Positions 38,422 to 48,708 of a stretch of 64,000 nt of DNA are shown piece after piece. Both the position numbers and the translations under genes were made by a program. The notes below the pieces were generated by a model. That model was not told the DNA's origin. It ran no database searches and saw only the letters and a program-made list of their open reading frames with translations. Position 1 is the first letter of the stretch. The number at the start of each line of letters is the position of its first letter. The DNA is from an uncultured Veillonellaceae bacterium (GTDB taxonomy: Bacteria > Bacillota > Negativicutes > JARBTT01), in assembly GCA_963805085.1 (NCBI GenBank), contig CAWDTA010000002.1, positions 224,001 through 288,000 on the forward strand, read 5' to 3'.

Positions 38422-39243
38422 TTATGCAAGCAGTCCACAAGCATAACCGACAATACCAACTGCGAATAACCCGAAAATGATTAGTAGAGGATTCACGTTT
38501 TTCTTTAATAGATACATGCAAGCAAACGTTAATAATAAAGGTACAAGCCCAGGAATCAAGCTATCTAATACGCTTTGAATCGTAGTCACAACTTCTTTTC
38601 CGTTCGCTGCTGTATATTTAGAAAGCACCATTGGCATATTAACACTCGTCCATTTGGAAACCAATGCGCCCATAACTACAAGACCAAGTACGGCAGAACC
38701 TTCGGTAAGATATCTAAGTTTATTACCACCCATATCTGATACAAGTTGGGTGCCTTTTTCGTAACCATAGAAAACACCATACCAGTTTGTTGCCAGACGA
38801 ATAATATTGAAACAAACGAAGAAAATCAATGGGCCAAGAATACTACCGTTCAATGCAAAACCAGCGCCAAGTGCTGCGAGTACAGGACGTAATGTACCCC
38901 AGAATATAGGGTCACCAACACCGGCAAGAGGGCCCATAAGACCGATTTTCACACCACTAATGGAAGCTTCGTCAATATTAGCGCCATTGGCTTTTTGTTC
39001 TTCCATTGCAGCTGTAATACCCATGATTGATGTAGCAACGAATGGTTGGGTATTAAAGAATTCGAGATGTCTTTTCAAAGCGAGTTTTAATTCTTCGCCT
39101 TGGTATAGTTTTTTGAGTACAGGGATTAAACTTACGCAAAATCCGATGGATTGCATTCTTTCAAAGTTGAAGGACCCTAATAAGAAGTTAGAGCGAATGA
39201 ACATTGAGACTAAGTCACTTTTTGTTACTTTTTTTTCAGTCAT
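38422..39243 (-). CDS. manZ: PTS mannose-family EIID
   Basis: SFNFERMQ, RHLEFFNT, LMGPLAGVGDPIFWGT. Confidence 0.93.
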   Translation of the reverse strand: MTEKKVTKSDLVSMFIRSNFLLGSFNFERMQSIGFCVSLIPVLKKLYQGEELKLALKRHLEFFNTQPFVATSIMGITAAMEEQKANGANIDEASISGVKIGLMGPLAGVGDPIFWGTLRPVLAALGAGFALNGSILGPLIFFVCFNIIRLATNWYGVFYGYEKGTQLVSDMGGNKLRYLTEGSAVLGLVVMGALVSKWTSVNMPMVLSKYTAANGKEVVTTIQSVLDSLIPGLVPLLLTFACMYLLKKNVNPLLIIFGLFAVGIVGYACGLLA

Positions 39244-39263
39244 GATAATATCCTCCTCATCAA

Positions 39264-40055
39264 TTATAATAAATCCGAATCGTCAACGGCATCGACGCCA
39301 CTAGCATTAGCTACAGCTGCGTTACCTTGGTTTGCGATTGATTTAATGTGGAATATTGCAGCGATTACACCGACAGCACCAAACCCAATTAAATTGAAGT
39401 TTGTAAAAGCTGCGAGTAAGAAACCGATGAAGAAGAAGGGCATAAGAGATTTTGCGTTCATCATGTTAATAACCATTGCATACCCTACGACAACGATAAA
39501 GCCACCAGATACTTGTAAGCCTCTAGTGATAACTTCAGGGATAGAAGAAAGCATTGCATTCACTGCATCGGTACCGGCAAGTACACCTACGATTGCAGCA
39601 GGAACTGCAACACGAATACCTTGCAGCATAAGACCTAAAAAGTGACACATTTCAATGCCTCTGGTATTTCCCTCAGCGGCGTATTTATCAGCTAAATGTT
39701 GAAAAAATACTGTGATTGTTCTAACAAAAATGGTAAGAACTTGACCAGCAGCAGCAATTGGAATCGCAACTGCGATTCCAGCACCGATGGATTGATGTCC
39801 AACGATAACTAAGATGGCAGAAATAACACTGGCAAGTGCAGCATCTGGCGCCATTGCAGCACCAACGTTCATCCAGCCAAGTGCTAATAATTCTAAAGTA
39901 CCACCAAGAATAATACCTGTTGTCATATCGCCTAATACAAGTCCAACTAAAGTACAAGCAATTAATGGTCTATGTGTTTGTGCTTCATCTAGCACGCTTC
40001 CCATACCAGCAATTGCTGCAACTAATATTAATAAAATAAGAGTCCCTGTTCCCAC
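39264..40055 (-). CDS. manY: PTS mannose-family EIIC
   Basis: HRPLIACTLVG, LGWMNVGAAMAPD, VVVGYAMVINMM. Confidence 0.93.
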   Translation of the reverse strand: MGTGTLILLILVAAIAGMGSVLDEAQTHRPLIACTLVGLVLGDMTTGIILGGTLELLALGWMNVGAAMAPDAALASVISAILVIVGHQSIGAGIAVAIPIAAAGQVLTIFVRTITVFFQHLADKYAAEGNTRGIEMCHFLGLMLQGIRVAVPAAIVGVLAGTDAVNAMLSSIPEVITRGLQVSGGFIVVVGYAMVINMMNAKSLMPFFFIGFLLAAFTNFNLIGFGAVGVIAAIFHIKSIANQGNAAVANASGVDAVDDSDLL

Positions 40056-40084
40056 GAAAATTCCTCCTTTAAAATATAAAATAT

Positions 40085-40576
40085 TTAGATTAATTTCATT
40101 GATTTCATTTTCTCTATAACATCTACTTTAGGATCCTTAACAAGTTGTCTAAGTTCAATCTCAATTCCATTTTTATGTAATTTTTTTAAAGATTCAACAT
40201 CGTTTTTATTTACTGAAACAGCTTGAGAGATTTGTGTTTTTCCTTCTACATATCGCATTCCCCCTAAATTAATGCTTTTAAAGGGCACACCTCCTTCCAC
40301 CATTCGTAATACATCTGTAGGATTTGTAAATAAGAAAAATGTTTTAAAATCATTATATTTGGGGTTTTTATAAGCTTCAATTGCTTTATCAATTGAAATA
40401 ACATACGCTTTCAATCCTGGCGGCGTCACCTGTAGTACTAACTGCTTTCTAAGATCATCCTTTGCTGCCTCATCGCTACAGCACATAATACGATTACAAG
40501 CATATGATTTTACCCATACAGTCGCGACTTGACCGTGAATTAAACGATCGTCAATCCTTGCAAAACTAATTTCCAT
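40085..40576 (-). CDS. PTS mannose-family EIIB
   Basis: RIDDRLIHGQVATVW phospho-His motif. Confidence 0.93.
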   Translation of the reverse strand: MEISFARIDDRLIHGQVATVWVKSYACNRIMCCSDEAAKDDLRKQLVLQVTPPGLKAYVISIDKAIEAYKNPKYNDFKTFFLFTNPTDVLRMVEGGVPFKSINLGGMRYVEGKTQISQAVSVNKNDVESLKKLHKNGIEIELRQLVKDPKVDVIEKMKSMKLI

Positions 40577-40679
40577 CGTTGTATCCTCCTCTTAAGATAA
40601 AATAAAAAAAATTGCAGTATAAACTTTGTATAATATCGTATGAAAGACCTTTGTTATGAGCTAAGCACATCTTACGAAA

Positions 40680-41108
40680 TTAAAGTTCATTTTCTACTTC
40701 TTGCATCTCACTTTGATGAAACGTCTGTACTCCCATGGTTCCAGCACTAACTGCTTTTTCCATAACTGCTTGAATTAGAAGTTTTTCTTCAGTCATCTGC
40801 AGAGTTACCATTTCTATCAGCATCGGCAAATTAACACCAGCAACAATCCCATAATTGGGTTCATTCACAGCAATACGGCAAGCCGCATTATATGGACTTC
40901 CGCCAAACAAATCATTAAGAAAGATCACACCATCTGATGTATCTAACTCAGCAAGTACTTGCTGATATTTTATCACTACACTTTCTATACCTTCTCCTGG
41001 AACAAGCGTAACTGTCTTTACATTACTCGTTGTTCCACAAATCATTTCACAAGATTCAACTAATTTTTCTGAAAAATGTCCATGCGTTCCTACAATGATC
41101 CCTAACAT
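40680..41108 (-). CDS. PTS mannose-family EIIA
   Basis: IIVGTHG, DLFGGSPYNAA, GVNLPML. Confidence 0.93.
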   Translation of the reverse strand: MLGIIVGTHGHFSEKLVESCEMICGTTSNVKTVTLVPGEGIESVVIKYQQVLAELDTSDGVIFLNDLFGGSPYNAACRIAVNEPNYGIVAGVNLPMLIEMVTLQMTEEKLLIQAVMEKAVSAGTMGVQTFHQSEMQEVENEL

Positions 41109-41183
41109 CAATCTTCCTCCTAAAGTCATTTTGAGCAAAAAAGAAACTATTTCATATTCTCTTTTTCACTTGCTTATATTTAA

Positions 41184-41199
41184 CGCAATTGTCATGCCA
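41184..41199 (-). promoter_or_regulatory. Sigma54 -24/-12 promoter of the mannose-class PTS operon
   Basis: Minus strand TGGCATGACAATTGCG (GG-N10-GC), downstream of a LevR-type activator gene. Confidence 0.85.
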
Positions 41200-41423
41200 A
41201 CAATGTGTGTTAATAGAAATTATATGTTTCTTCTAGTCTTCCTGCTTATTTTGGCACACTTTCTTTAAAAATTACACACTTATAAGAATTATCGCAACAC
41301 ACTATAATAAAATTTCATACAAAAACAAGGGGTGATTTCTAAAAAAAAGAAATCACCCCTTGTTTTTTTCATCAGCTTCAACATCTACTAAGTAAAGCTG
41401 CCAAGCGATCCATTTTACGTACG

Positions 41424-44207
41424 TTAAATCATTTCAGCAATAAAGCATAACTCATCATCAGTTAAAGTAATATGGATGGAATTTTCAAAAATCACAGCTG
41501 CTTTTTTGACACACTCTAATTTATGTGTGTCAATTTTAGGAAGATCATCATCATAAATCAGACCTTTTCCTATAATCATCCGTTCTAACGCGCATCCGCA
41601 ATGTACAATCAGACGAACCCGTAAAGGATTATTTAAATTTACTTGCAAGCTTTTTTCCAGAATTTGGTCAAAACTTAATAAAGTATCAATTACCTTGGAA
41701 GGATTTAAATAGGTCAAAAATTCTTGCAAACTATCTTCACAAAAATTACGTAATACTAGATTTTTCATTTTCGGCATCTTTTTCACAACACCAATATCAA
41801 GTAAATTATATAAAATTGTTTCAATTTCGCCATTAACAACTTTTTCTAATGGTATAAATGGTACATCAATATTAGGTTTCACAACCCCAACAGTAGCTAA
41901 TATCCGGTAATCTTTTTTTATTTTTCTCAATGATTTTTCAAGGTTATGAACCCCTACTGGTATTACTTGTATTTGACGATTTTCTATATTTATTAAAATA
42001 TCCTCAATCATTTCTTTCAACTTAGCAGCCGCCCCTTGCCCTGAACTACAAACTGTTACAATAGCTTCTAAAAGTTCACCTTTTTCTCTATTTTCAAATT
42101 TTGTACTTGTTTCATAGCCTTTAAAATTTTTCAACGAATCATAAACATCTTGCAAACCTATACCAACAATGTCCACTTTACGCATCGCTTCTAGAACAAC
42201 CGGTGTGGACACCATATCAATCGTTTTCACTGGAACTTTTAAATGTTCCATAATCATTGGTCCGAAATTACAAAGAGATCCCATATCTACTAGTAATAAT
42301 ATTCCTTGTGAATACTTCAAGCCTTGCAACTTTGCAATAATTTTTTCAAAAATTTCTTGTGGGCGAACTTCTAAAGGCATGTCAAAAGCAATTAAATTAG
42401 AATCATCGGTACTAAATAATTTTTTAGCCACTTCAGCCATTGAAGTGGCTGTGTGCATACCATGCATCAAAACTATAATCATGATTTTATCAATGCTAGC
42501 ATCTTCTTCTTTTAAAGAGCTTAACAATATTGCAAAATACCCCACTTCCGAGTCGGGAACTCTTACATGGTAATGCTCTTCAATTTTATTTTTAATTAAC
42601 AATGCTAGCTGAAATTCCTTACCTTCTTGGTCAATCGTACCTTCAATTGCATTTTCCGGCAAAAGCTGGTGCGATTTCAACCGTTTAAAAAATATGCTTA
42701 AATGCAAGCTGAAAGCATACAGAAAACGCTCTTGGGAAATCAGCTTCAAACACTTTTGTACCTCAAAGCTAATTTTTTCCGTGAAATCTATCAAATCACA
42801 ATCAATGATTTTAAGCAGCCTATCTTTCATTGACATATGCATATCATTTTGTTTTTTATAAAACGATTTAATATATGCGTCGACATCTGATGTAAGAATT
42901 TGTTTAATTAAATCATTGCGAATTCCCTCTCCTTTAAGAAGATTGATTTTTTTTTCAATCATTTGATAAAGATTAAAAGGTTCATCATTATTTTCTTTTA
43001 AAAAAAGGCTTCCACCAGTGGGGGTTATATAAATCGACTCATTTATAGCATGGTTTACTACAGCAAGATCTTTGCGATTGGCACTTAAGGTCAAAAGCCC
43101 ATTTTTGATTTGAGCTGGCAGCATTTTAAAATCAATTTCGATATAGTCTGGGTTATCAATTCCATTTAAAAATGCTTGTGCACAAATAAGTTTGACATTT
43201 GATTTCATTTGTCCTACATTACCACTATCAATACTACCAATAAGTGCTTTGATTGCCTCCAGAGAAATTTTTACTGGTTTATTAATTCGTTGTACTTCTC
43301 CAGCGAATAGAAGCTTTGTGATTTCTATTTTTTCATATACAGATCGTTCCGATAATGGTTGAATTTTAATTATATTAGGAATACGCCGAACAAAAGTTTG
43401 TGTTAATACTGAATTAGGATCTTCTGTTGTTGCACAAATAATTAACACTTTTGCCTGATGATTCCTAGTAGTTTCACCCAATCGGTTGAAATTACCGGTA
43501 TCAATGAAATAAAAGATCATCTCTTGACCTTCCGGTGGCAGGCGATGTATTTCATCAAGAAACAAAATTCCACCATTGGCTCTTTCTATCAAGCCAGCTT
43601 TAGAATTATCAGCTCCTGTAAAAGCACCTCTTATGTGACCAAAAATATGCGCTAAAAGAAGTTGTGGATTATTATAGTAGTCCGCACAATTAAACGTAAT
43701 AAACGGAGAATCTTCTGAAAACCGTCCAATCAATTTACCATATTCATACATCATGTGAGCCAATAACGTTTTACCAACACCAGTTTGACCTACAATTAAA
43801 GTATGTAGTCCATCCGGAGGATATAAAATTGCCGCTTTCGCTTGTTCAACCTGCTTTTTCAAACTCCCTTCAGCACCAATTAAAGAATCAAACGGGCTCT
43901 TTTTATCCGTATTTGTCTGCACACATTTTTCTAACGAATCAAAAAGAAGCGGACCTTCGCCAAAAGTTGTGTCACAAAGATCCTCTAATATTTTTTTATC
44001 GAAATATAAGACTGGTCTGCCTGAAAATTTAATAATCTTACTCTGCCGCTGTAAAGCATTAAGTTCGCGACTAACATTGCTACGTAAGACACCTAGATCT
44101 TCAGCAACTTCCTCCGCTCCAATTCCAACTCTACCCTTCAAATCGTCCTTCTTATATAAAGACGATTTCTTTTGAATGTATTGGTAAATTCTATCAATTC
44201 GTCTCAT
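41424..44207 (-). CDS. LevR/ManR-type sigma54 activator (HTH-AAA+-PRD-EIIA-EIIB-PRD)
   Basis: GQTGVGKT, FNCADY, GAFTGA, DEIHRLPPEGQE, MHGMHTATSM, LLVDMGSL, VCSSGQG. Confidence 0.93.
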   Translation of the reverse strand: MRRIDRIYQYIQKKSSLYKKDDLKGRVGIGAEEVAEDLGVLRSNVSRELNALQRQSKIIKFSGRPVLYFDKKILEDLCDTTFGEGPLLFDSLEKCVQTNTDKKSPFDSLIGAEGSLKKQVEQAKAAILYPPDGLHTLIVGQTGVGKTLLAHMMYEYGKLIGRFSEDSPFITFNCADYYNNPQLLLAHIFGHIRGAFTGADNSKAGLIERANGGILFLDEIHRLPPEGQEMIFYFIDTGNFNRLGETTRNHQAKVLIICATTEDPNSVLTQTFVRRIPNIIKIQPLSERSVYEKIEITKLLFAGEVQRINKPVKISLEAIKALIGSIDSGNVGQMKSNVKLICAQAFLNGIDNPDYIEIDFKMLPAQIKNGLLTLSANRKDLAVVNHAINESIYITPTGGSLFLKENNDEPFNLYQMIEKKINLLKGEGIRNDLIKQILTSDVDAYIKSFYKKQNDMHMSMKDRLLKIIDCDLIDFTEKISFEVQKCLKLISQERFLYAFSLHLSIFFKRLKSHQLLPENAIEGTIDQEGKEFQLALLIKNKIEEHYHVRVPDSEVGYFAILLSSLKEEDASIDKIMIIVLMHGMHTATSMAEVAKKLFSTDDSNLIAFDMPLEVRPQEIFEKIIAKLQGLKYSQGILLLVDMGSLCNFGPMIMEHLKVPVKTIDMVSTPVVLEAMRKVDIVGIGLQDVYDSLKNFKGYETSTKFENREKGELLEAIVTVCSSGQGAAAKLKEMIEDILINIENRQIQVIPVGVHNLEKSLRKIKKDYRILATVGVVKPNIDVPFIPLEKVVNGEIETILYNLLDIGVVKKMPKMKNLVLRNFCEDSLQEFLTYLNPSKVIDTLLSFDQILEKSLQVNLNNPLRVRLIVHCGCALERMIIGKGLIYDDDLPKIDTHKLECVKKAAVIFENSIHITLTDDELCFIAEMI

Positions 44208-44467
44208 ATTCTAGAACCGTCCTTTATTACTTCTACATTTAACATATGGTTATAAAATTCTCTACAACTCGTACAACTTCTTATTTTTGTTTAGTATTGT
44301 TAATTTCATATTACAAGACATTGAAACATCTGTCCAGTATTGAGGTGACTCGTTTCTTGTAAATTCTCTAAATAAAGACAAGCATACGGTTTTTACCATA
44401 TGCCTGTCTTAGCCCTTTAAAATTCTAATTATTTATTAAATTTTTAGATACGAATCAACCTTATTTT

Positions 44468-44875
44468 TTATTTCTTCTTATATCGCCATTCTCTATATTG
44501 CTCATTATAATACCATTCACCGTCTTCAACGCGCTCTTGTGTTGGTGCTTTTTTCATGTCAGCTTGCTGACGTGCGACTGGCACTGCAACTTCTTTTGTC
44601 GTCTCTTTTACCACTACATTTTTTTCTGGCAAACGCTCTTGAAATAACGTTTGATCTATTTGTAACTTTACGTGATGCCCACTGCCTAGAGAAATCGCCT
44701 CGCGATCTGTTTGACCAAGGACTACGTGCAATAAAATAAGTGCTGAGCATACGACGCTTAAACAGGCAACAACTAAATAGACTCTCCACTCTTCCTCTAC
44801 TTGCAAGCCTCTTATGCTAGCAAGCAACTCACGAATCAACGCAACGGGATTCCGATAACCGATCATTTCTATCAC
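44468..44875 (-). CDS. Hypothetical single-TM protein
   Basis: 135-aa ORF with a GAGGTGA RBS and one hydrophobic helix; downstream of spoIID. Confidence 0.55.
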   Translation of the reverse strand: MIEMIGYRNPVALIRELLASIRGLQVEEEWRVYLVVACLSVVCSALILLHVVLGQTDREAISLGSGHHVKLQIDQTLFQERLPEKNVVVKETTKEVAVPVARQQADMKKAPTQERVEDGEWYYNEQYREWRYKKK

Positions 44876-45133
44876 CTCATTATCATCATTCCCGTTTTTA
44901 GTAAAATTTATCCAATTTATTTGTTTTAAACAAATAAATTGTCACCTAAGCAAAGATAATGTTTTGGATAAGAAATTTTTCAATAAAACAACTCATTTAT
45001 AAACTACAAACATATATCCTAGGCACAAGCAGATGGTTTGCATAAGAAAAATATTTCAACTAAGGCAACATAGACGAATATTACTACCACGTAGCTTTGA
45101 AGGCTCATTGTTTGACCGCAGGAAGTTTGATAT

Positions 45134-46129
45134 TTACGCCCCATAAATGTTTTTCAACTTTACCCCCGTATAAAAATACAGCAATATATCCTTATAGCTC
45201 TTGCCCAACTTCGCCATCCCATTTGCTCCGTATTGGCTCATCCCGACACCATGCCCATAGCCTAATGTCTTAAATACCAATTGATCTCCTTGCAAAGCTA
45301 CAGTGAAGTTTTCTGATCTCAGTCCTAATAAGTTCCTAACCTCCTGCCCTTTAAACGTCTTACTGCCAATACGGATCTCATTTACCCGCCCGGATTCAGT
45401 TAAACTAAGCACCTTCGTGATACTTTGATCCCCACTTTGTACTGCCGCCATTACCCCAGCTTCTGGACCTAGAATCGATTCAATATCTGGCAAGGCAATT
45501 GACTTACTATCGCTATAGCGTGGAGATTTTTCATCCCACTTACACTCTACACTTTGTAAATAAGGATAGTCGTAACCCCATACCTCTTTTGCACTGGCGG
45601 TTCGCCCACCACTGGTTGAATGAAATACTGAACTGATGGGTTTGTCCTCATAAACTAAAATTTGCCCATACGTAGCATCTACCGCCTCGCTAATTCGTTT
45701 ATTATACGCCTCATACTTCTTTCCCCAACGTTCTTTTAATACATCTTGGCTTAGCCAAGCTTGATTTTTCGTAAAATCGGTACTTACATCTGCATCCGGG
45801 TGATCACTCACCCCACCGCCGCCAAAGCTACGCATGCTCTTAACTGCATACGTTCTTGCCGCTACGGCTTGCGCCTCTAAAGCTGCCGGTTCAAATTCGG
45901 CTGGCATTTCCGCACCGACTACCCCTTTGATATAGTCTTCCAATGGCATTGCTTCTACTTTATCCTTTTCTTGCAAATATACATTAATCGTCATACTTTC
46001 TAGTTTCGCCACATTTCTTTGTTCTGACACTGTACTCTTGCTAATTCCCATAACAAAGATCAGCACACTTGGCAAAGCAATCACTAACAAAGCTACCAGT
46101 CCCATCACAATGCCTAGTGGCTTTCGCAC
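45134..46129 (-). CDS. spoIID: Stage II sporulation protein D
   Basis: LEDYIKGVVGAEMPAEF..ALEAQAVAARTY, FHSTSGGRT, GYGHGVGMSQYGA; GTG start behind a GAGGAGG RBS. Confidence 0.93.
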   Translation of the reverse strand: MRKPLGIVMGLVALLVIALPSVLIFVMGISKSTVSEQRNVAKLESMTINVYLQEKDKVEAMPLEDYIKGVVGAEMPAEFEPAALEAQAVAARTYAVKSMRSFGGGGVSDHPDADVSTDFTKNQAWLSQDVLKERWGKKYEAYNKRISEAVDATYGQILVYEDKPISSVFHSTSGGRTASAKEVWGYDYPYLQSVECKWDEKSPRYSDSKSIALPDIESILGPEAGVMAAVQSGDQSITKVLSLTESGRVNEIRIGSKTFKGQEVRNLLGLRSENFTVALQGDQLVFKTLGYGHGVGMSQYGANGMAKLGKSYKDILLYFYTGVKLKNIYGA

Positions 46130-46163
46130 AAAACCGCCTCCTCTCATCTCTTGTGTCACTTTA

Positions 46164-46192
46164 AGAATATGCTTTAATACCCTTTTATATGA
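46164..46192 (-). promoter_or_regulatory. SigE-type promoter of spoIID
   Basis: Minus strand TCATATA-14-CATATTCT matches the sigmaE consensus; spoIID is a known sigmaE target. Confidence 0.75.
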
Positions 46193-46233
46193 CAGGCTAA
46201 AGTGCAAAAGAAGACGAGCTAAGCTCGCCTCTT

Positions 46234-47682
46234 TCATTCGTATTGTATTGCACTCAATTGCCAGAGTTTCAATTCGTTGATTCGGGCTGCTGAGGCACTA
46301 CTGATTGCAAAGTTCATCACTTCTGTTTTAGGGAAATACATCAATGTTGTAACTTCCAGGCCATCCTGGTAATAAATTTCTATTACCGAACGATCAATAA
46401 ATAGCTGTAACTTTAATTCATTTTGCACAGCAAGGGTAAACTTCCGCACGCCTTTGCCACCTAACTTCATATAATTACGATCAATCGTTACGATTTGACG
46501 TACTTTATCATAGTGTAATGTCATGTATTCTTGTTCACAAGCAAGGGTAATCAAAATTTCATCATTTTGCCTAAGATCTAAATCTAACAGTATCTCCGCA
46601 GAGCGATTTGGCACATCAACGGCATAATGATCACAAACTATAGGTTTAACCTGCAGCGCGGGCTCCCCACGTAGCCCCAATAGCTCTCGTACTGGTCGTT
46701 GATAAAGTACCCCATCTCGATATACCAAGACCCGTGGCATCGTTAACGCATAAAGCCAGCCATCTTTTGCCGTTGGATATTCATGATCTTTATCTGGCAT
46801 GCCAACCCAACCAATCAATAACGTTCTACCATCGTGCGTGAAAACTTGCGGTGCATAGAAATCAAACCCCATATCGAGTTCTTTGAATTCATTATGGTTC
46901 AGTGCTGGTACTGTAACATCGAGTTGACCAATCACATAACCAGATTGATAAATATTTTGATATTTCACCTCTTCGGCTTCTAATCCTTGTGGTGAAAAGA
47001 TAAACGCATACTTGCCTTCACTGACTTTAACCAGATTGGGACATTCCCACATATAGCCAAAGTCTGGCATTGAGGTTTTAAGTTCACCAACCAATGTCCA
47101 ATCTTTAAACTCTTTCGACTGATAAAGTAGGGCTCTTCCTTGTAAACTGTTTGTCTGCACACCAAGAATCATATAAAACATTTCATTTATTTGAAATACA
47201 AACGGATCTCTAAAATGCGCAGTATAGCCCTCTGGTTGATTTTTTATGAGAATAGCATCTTTGGTAACTGAACCATCTTGATGATAGGTCGCTACACATT
47301 GATAGGATTCACGATTGTTATTTTTGTCTTTGACATTTCCCGTATAAACAAGTTTAATCGCATCATCTTTGATGAACCCACTGCCAGAATAGCAGCCATC
47401 TTTGTCAAACCAATCCTTTGGCTTTAAAACAATTTTGGGTTTACTATAATGAATAAAATCGGTTGTTGTTACCAGTGCCCAGTGTTTATTTTTATGTTCG
47501 CAACCAAAAGGATTCCATTGATAAAAAATATGGAATTTTTGATTATAATAACTAAGTCCATTTGGATCATTTACTAAACCAAATGGCATTTCAATATGAA
47601 ACTGATTACGCCAAGGATGTTCGTGTTGTTCAGCATAATATTTTTCTATTTTTTTATCAAGCTCTTCATATTGTCCAAGCAT
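46234..47682 (-). CDS. scrB: Sucrose-6-phosphate hydrolase (GH32)
   Basis: NDPNG, YSGSG, FRDP, WECP, DFYAPQ. Confidence 0.93.
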   Translation of the reverse strand: MLGQYEELDKKIEKYYAEQHEHPWRNQFHIEMPFGLVNDPNGLSYYNQKFHIFYQWNPFGCEHKNKHWALVTTTDFIHYSKPKIVLKPKDWFDKDGCYSGSGFIKDDAIKLVYTGNVKDKNNNRESYQCVATYHQDGSVTKDAILIKNQPEGYTAHFRDPFVFQINEMFYMILGVQTNSLQGRALLYQSKEFKDWTLVGELKTSMPDFGYMWECPNLVKVSEGKYAFIFSPQGLEAEEVKYQNIYQSGYVIGQLDVTVPALNHNEFKELDMGFDFYAPQVFTHDGRTLLIGWVGMPDKDHEYPTAKDGWLYALTMPRVLVYRDGVLYQRPVRELLGLRGEPALQVKPIVCDHYAVDVPNRSAEILLDLDLRQNDEILITLACEQEYMTLHYDKVRQIVTIDRNYMKLGGKGVRKFTLAVQNELKLQLFIDRSVIEIYYQDGLEVTTLMYFPKTEVMNFAISSASAARINELKLWQLSAIQYE

Positions 47683-47694
47683 CGTTACCTCTTT

Positions 47695-48687
47695 CTAGTT
47701 TATATCCATTACGCTTTCACGTTCAATTAATTGTAGCGGTACATCCTTATTTAAGATTATTTCCTTGCCCTCAATTAAGTCTAAAATACCTTGTGCGATT
47801 CTTACGCCAATCAAATCAAAGTCAAAGGCTACCGTCGTCAAACGAGGATAAGAAACCGTACCGACATCATAACCACCAAAACCGGCAACTGAAATTTGCT
47901 TAGGTACTTTCATTTGCTGTTCGTGTAAATAACGAATGATACCCAAACTGATATTATCGGTAGCACATACGATAGCAGTTGGCTGATACTTAAGAACTTC
48001 GCTACCTCGATCATAGGCTTTCATAAAGGAAAAGCCTGCTTCTACAAAATGCACATTACAATCTGGATTATGATTTGTTACAGCATCAATAAAACCTTGT
48101 TTACGTTCCACACCTACGGCATAATCCTTCTCATGAACGCCAAGAAAAACAATCTTCTTATGACCTTTTTCTTTCACATAGTTCCCCATGATTTGACCTG
48201 CTTGATAATCATCGACTTTTACATAATTGACAAACTCACTTTTTTGCCCTGTAAAAACAATAGGAAGCTCTAGCGATTTCATTAGCTCAATATGCCGTTT
48301 GGTAATCGCAATTGAATTGACGATGATTCCATCCACGCCTTGCTGATGCAAATTGTTGATATTAGCCAATTCTTTTGCCACGTTCAGCTCACTGCTTAAG
48401 ATCAGGCCCTGATACTGATCTTCATCTAAACGCCGATTAATTCCCGTAAGTAATTTTCCCACCGTAACGGAATCAATCCGCGGTAATACGATACCGATTA
48501 GCTTGCTCTGTTTAGTCTTCAATCGTTTTGCAAAAAAATTAGTTTGAAATCCCGTTTTTTCAATAGCCTCTTTTATTTTATCGGCATTTTCTTTACTCAC
48601 ATAGCCATTGTTTAAATAGCGAGAAACACTGCTCTTAGATACATTGACCATATCGGCAACATCTTGTATTGTAATTTTCCTCTCCAT
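47695..48687 (-). CDS. scrR: LacI-family sucrose repressor
   Basis: TIQDVADMVNVSKSSVSRYLNNGYVS HTH; lies within the scr operon. Confidence 0.9.
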   Translation of the reverse strand: MERKITIQDVADMVNVSKSSVSRYLNNGYVSKENADKIKEAIEKTGFQTNFFAKRLKTKQSKLIGIVLPRIDSVTVGKLLTGINRRLDEDQYQGLILSSELNVAKELANINNLHQQGVDGIIVNSIAITKRHIELMKSLELPIVFTGQKSEFVNYVKVDDYQAGQIMGNYVKEKGHKKIVFLGVHEKDYAVGVERKQGFIDAVTNHNPDCNVHFVEAGFSFMKAYDRGSEVLKYQPTAIVCATDNISLGIIRYLHEQQMKVPKQISVAGFGGYDVGTVSYPRLTTVAFDFDLIGVRIAQGILDLIEGKEIILNKDVPLQLIERESVMDIN

Positions 48688-48708
48688 ACCTGCCTCCCAA
48701 TCGATCGG

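Noticed and set aside
46130-46237. N-terminal extension of SpoIID suggesting coupling to scrB
   Set aside because: The region holds the scr terminator, the sigmaE promoter and the true RBS
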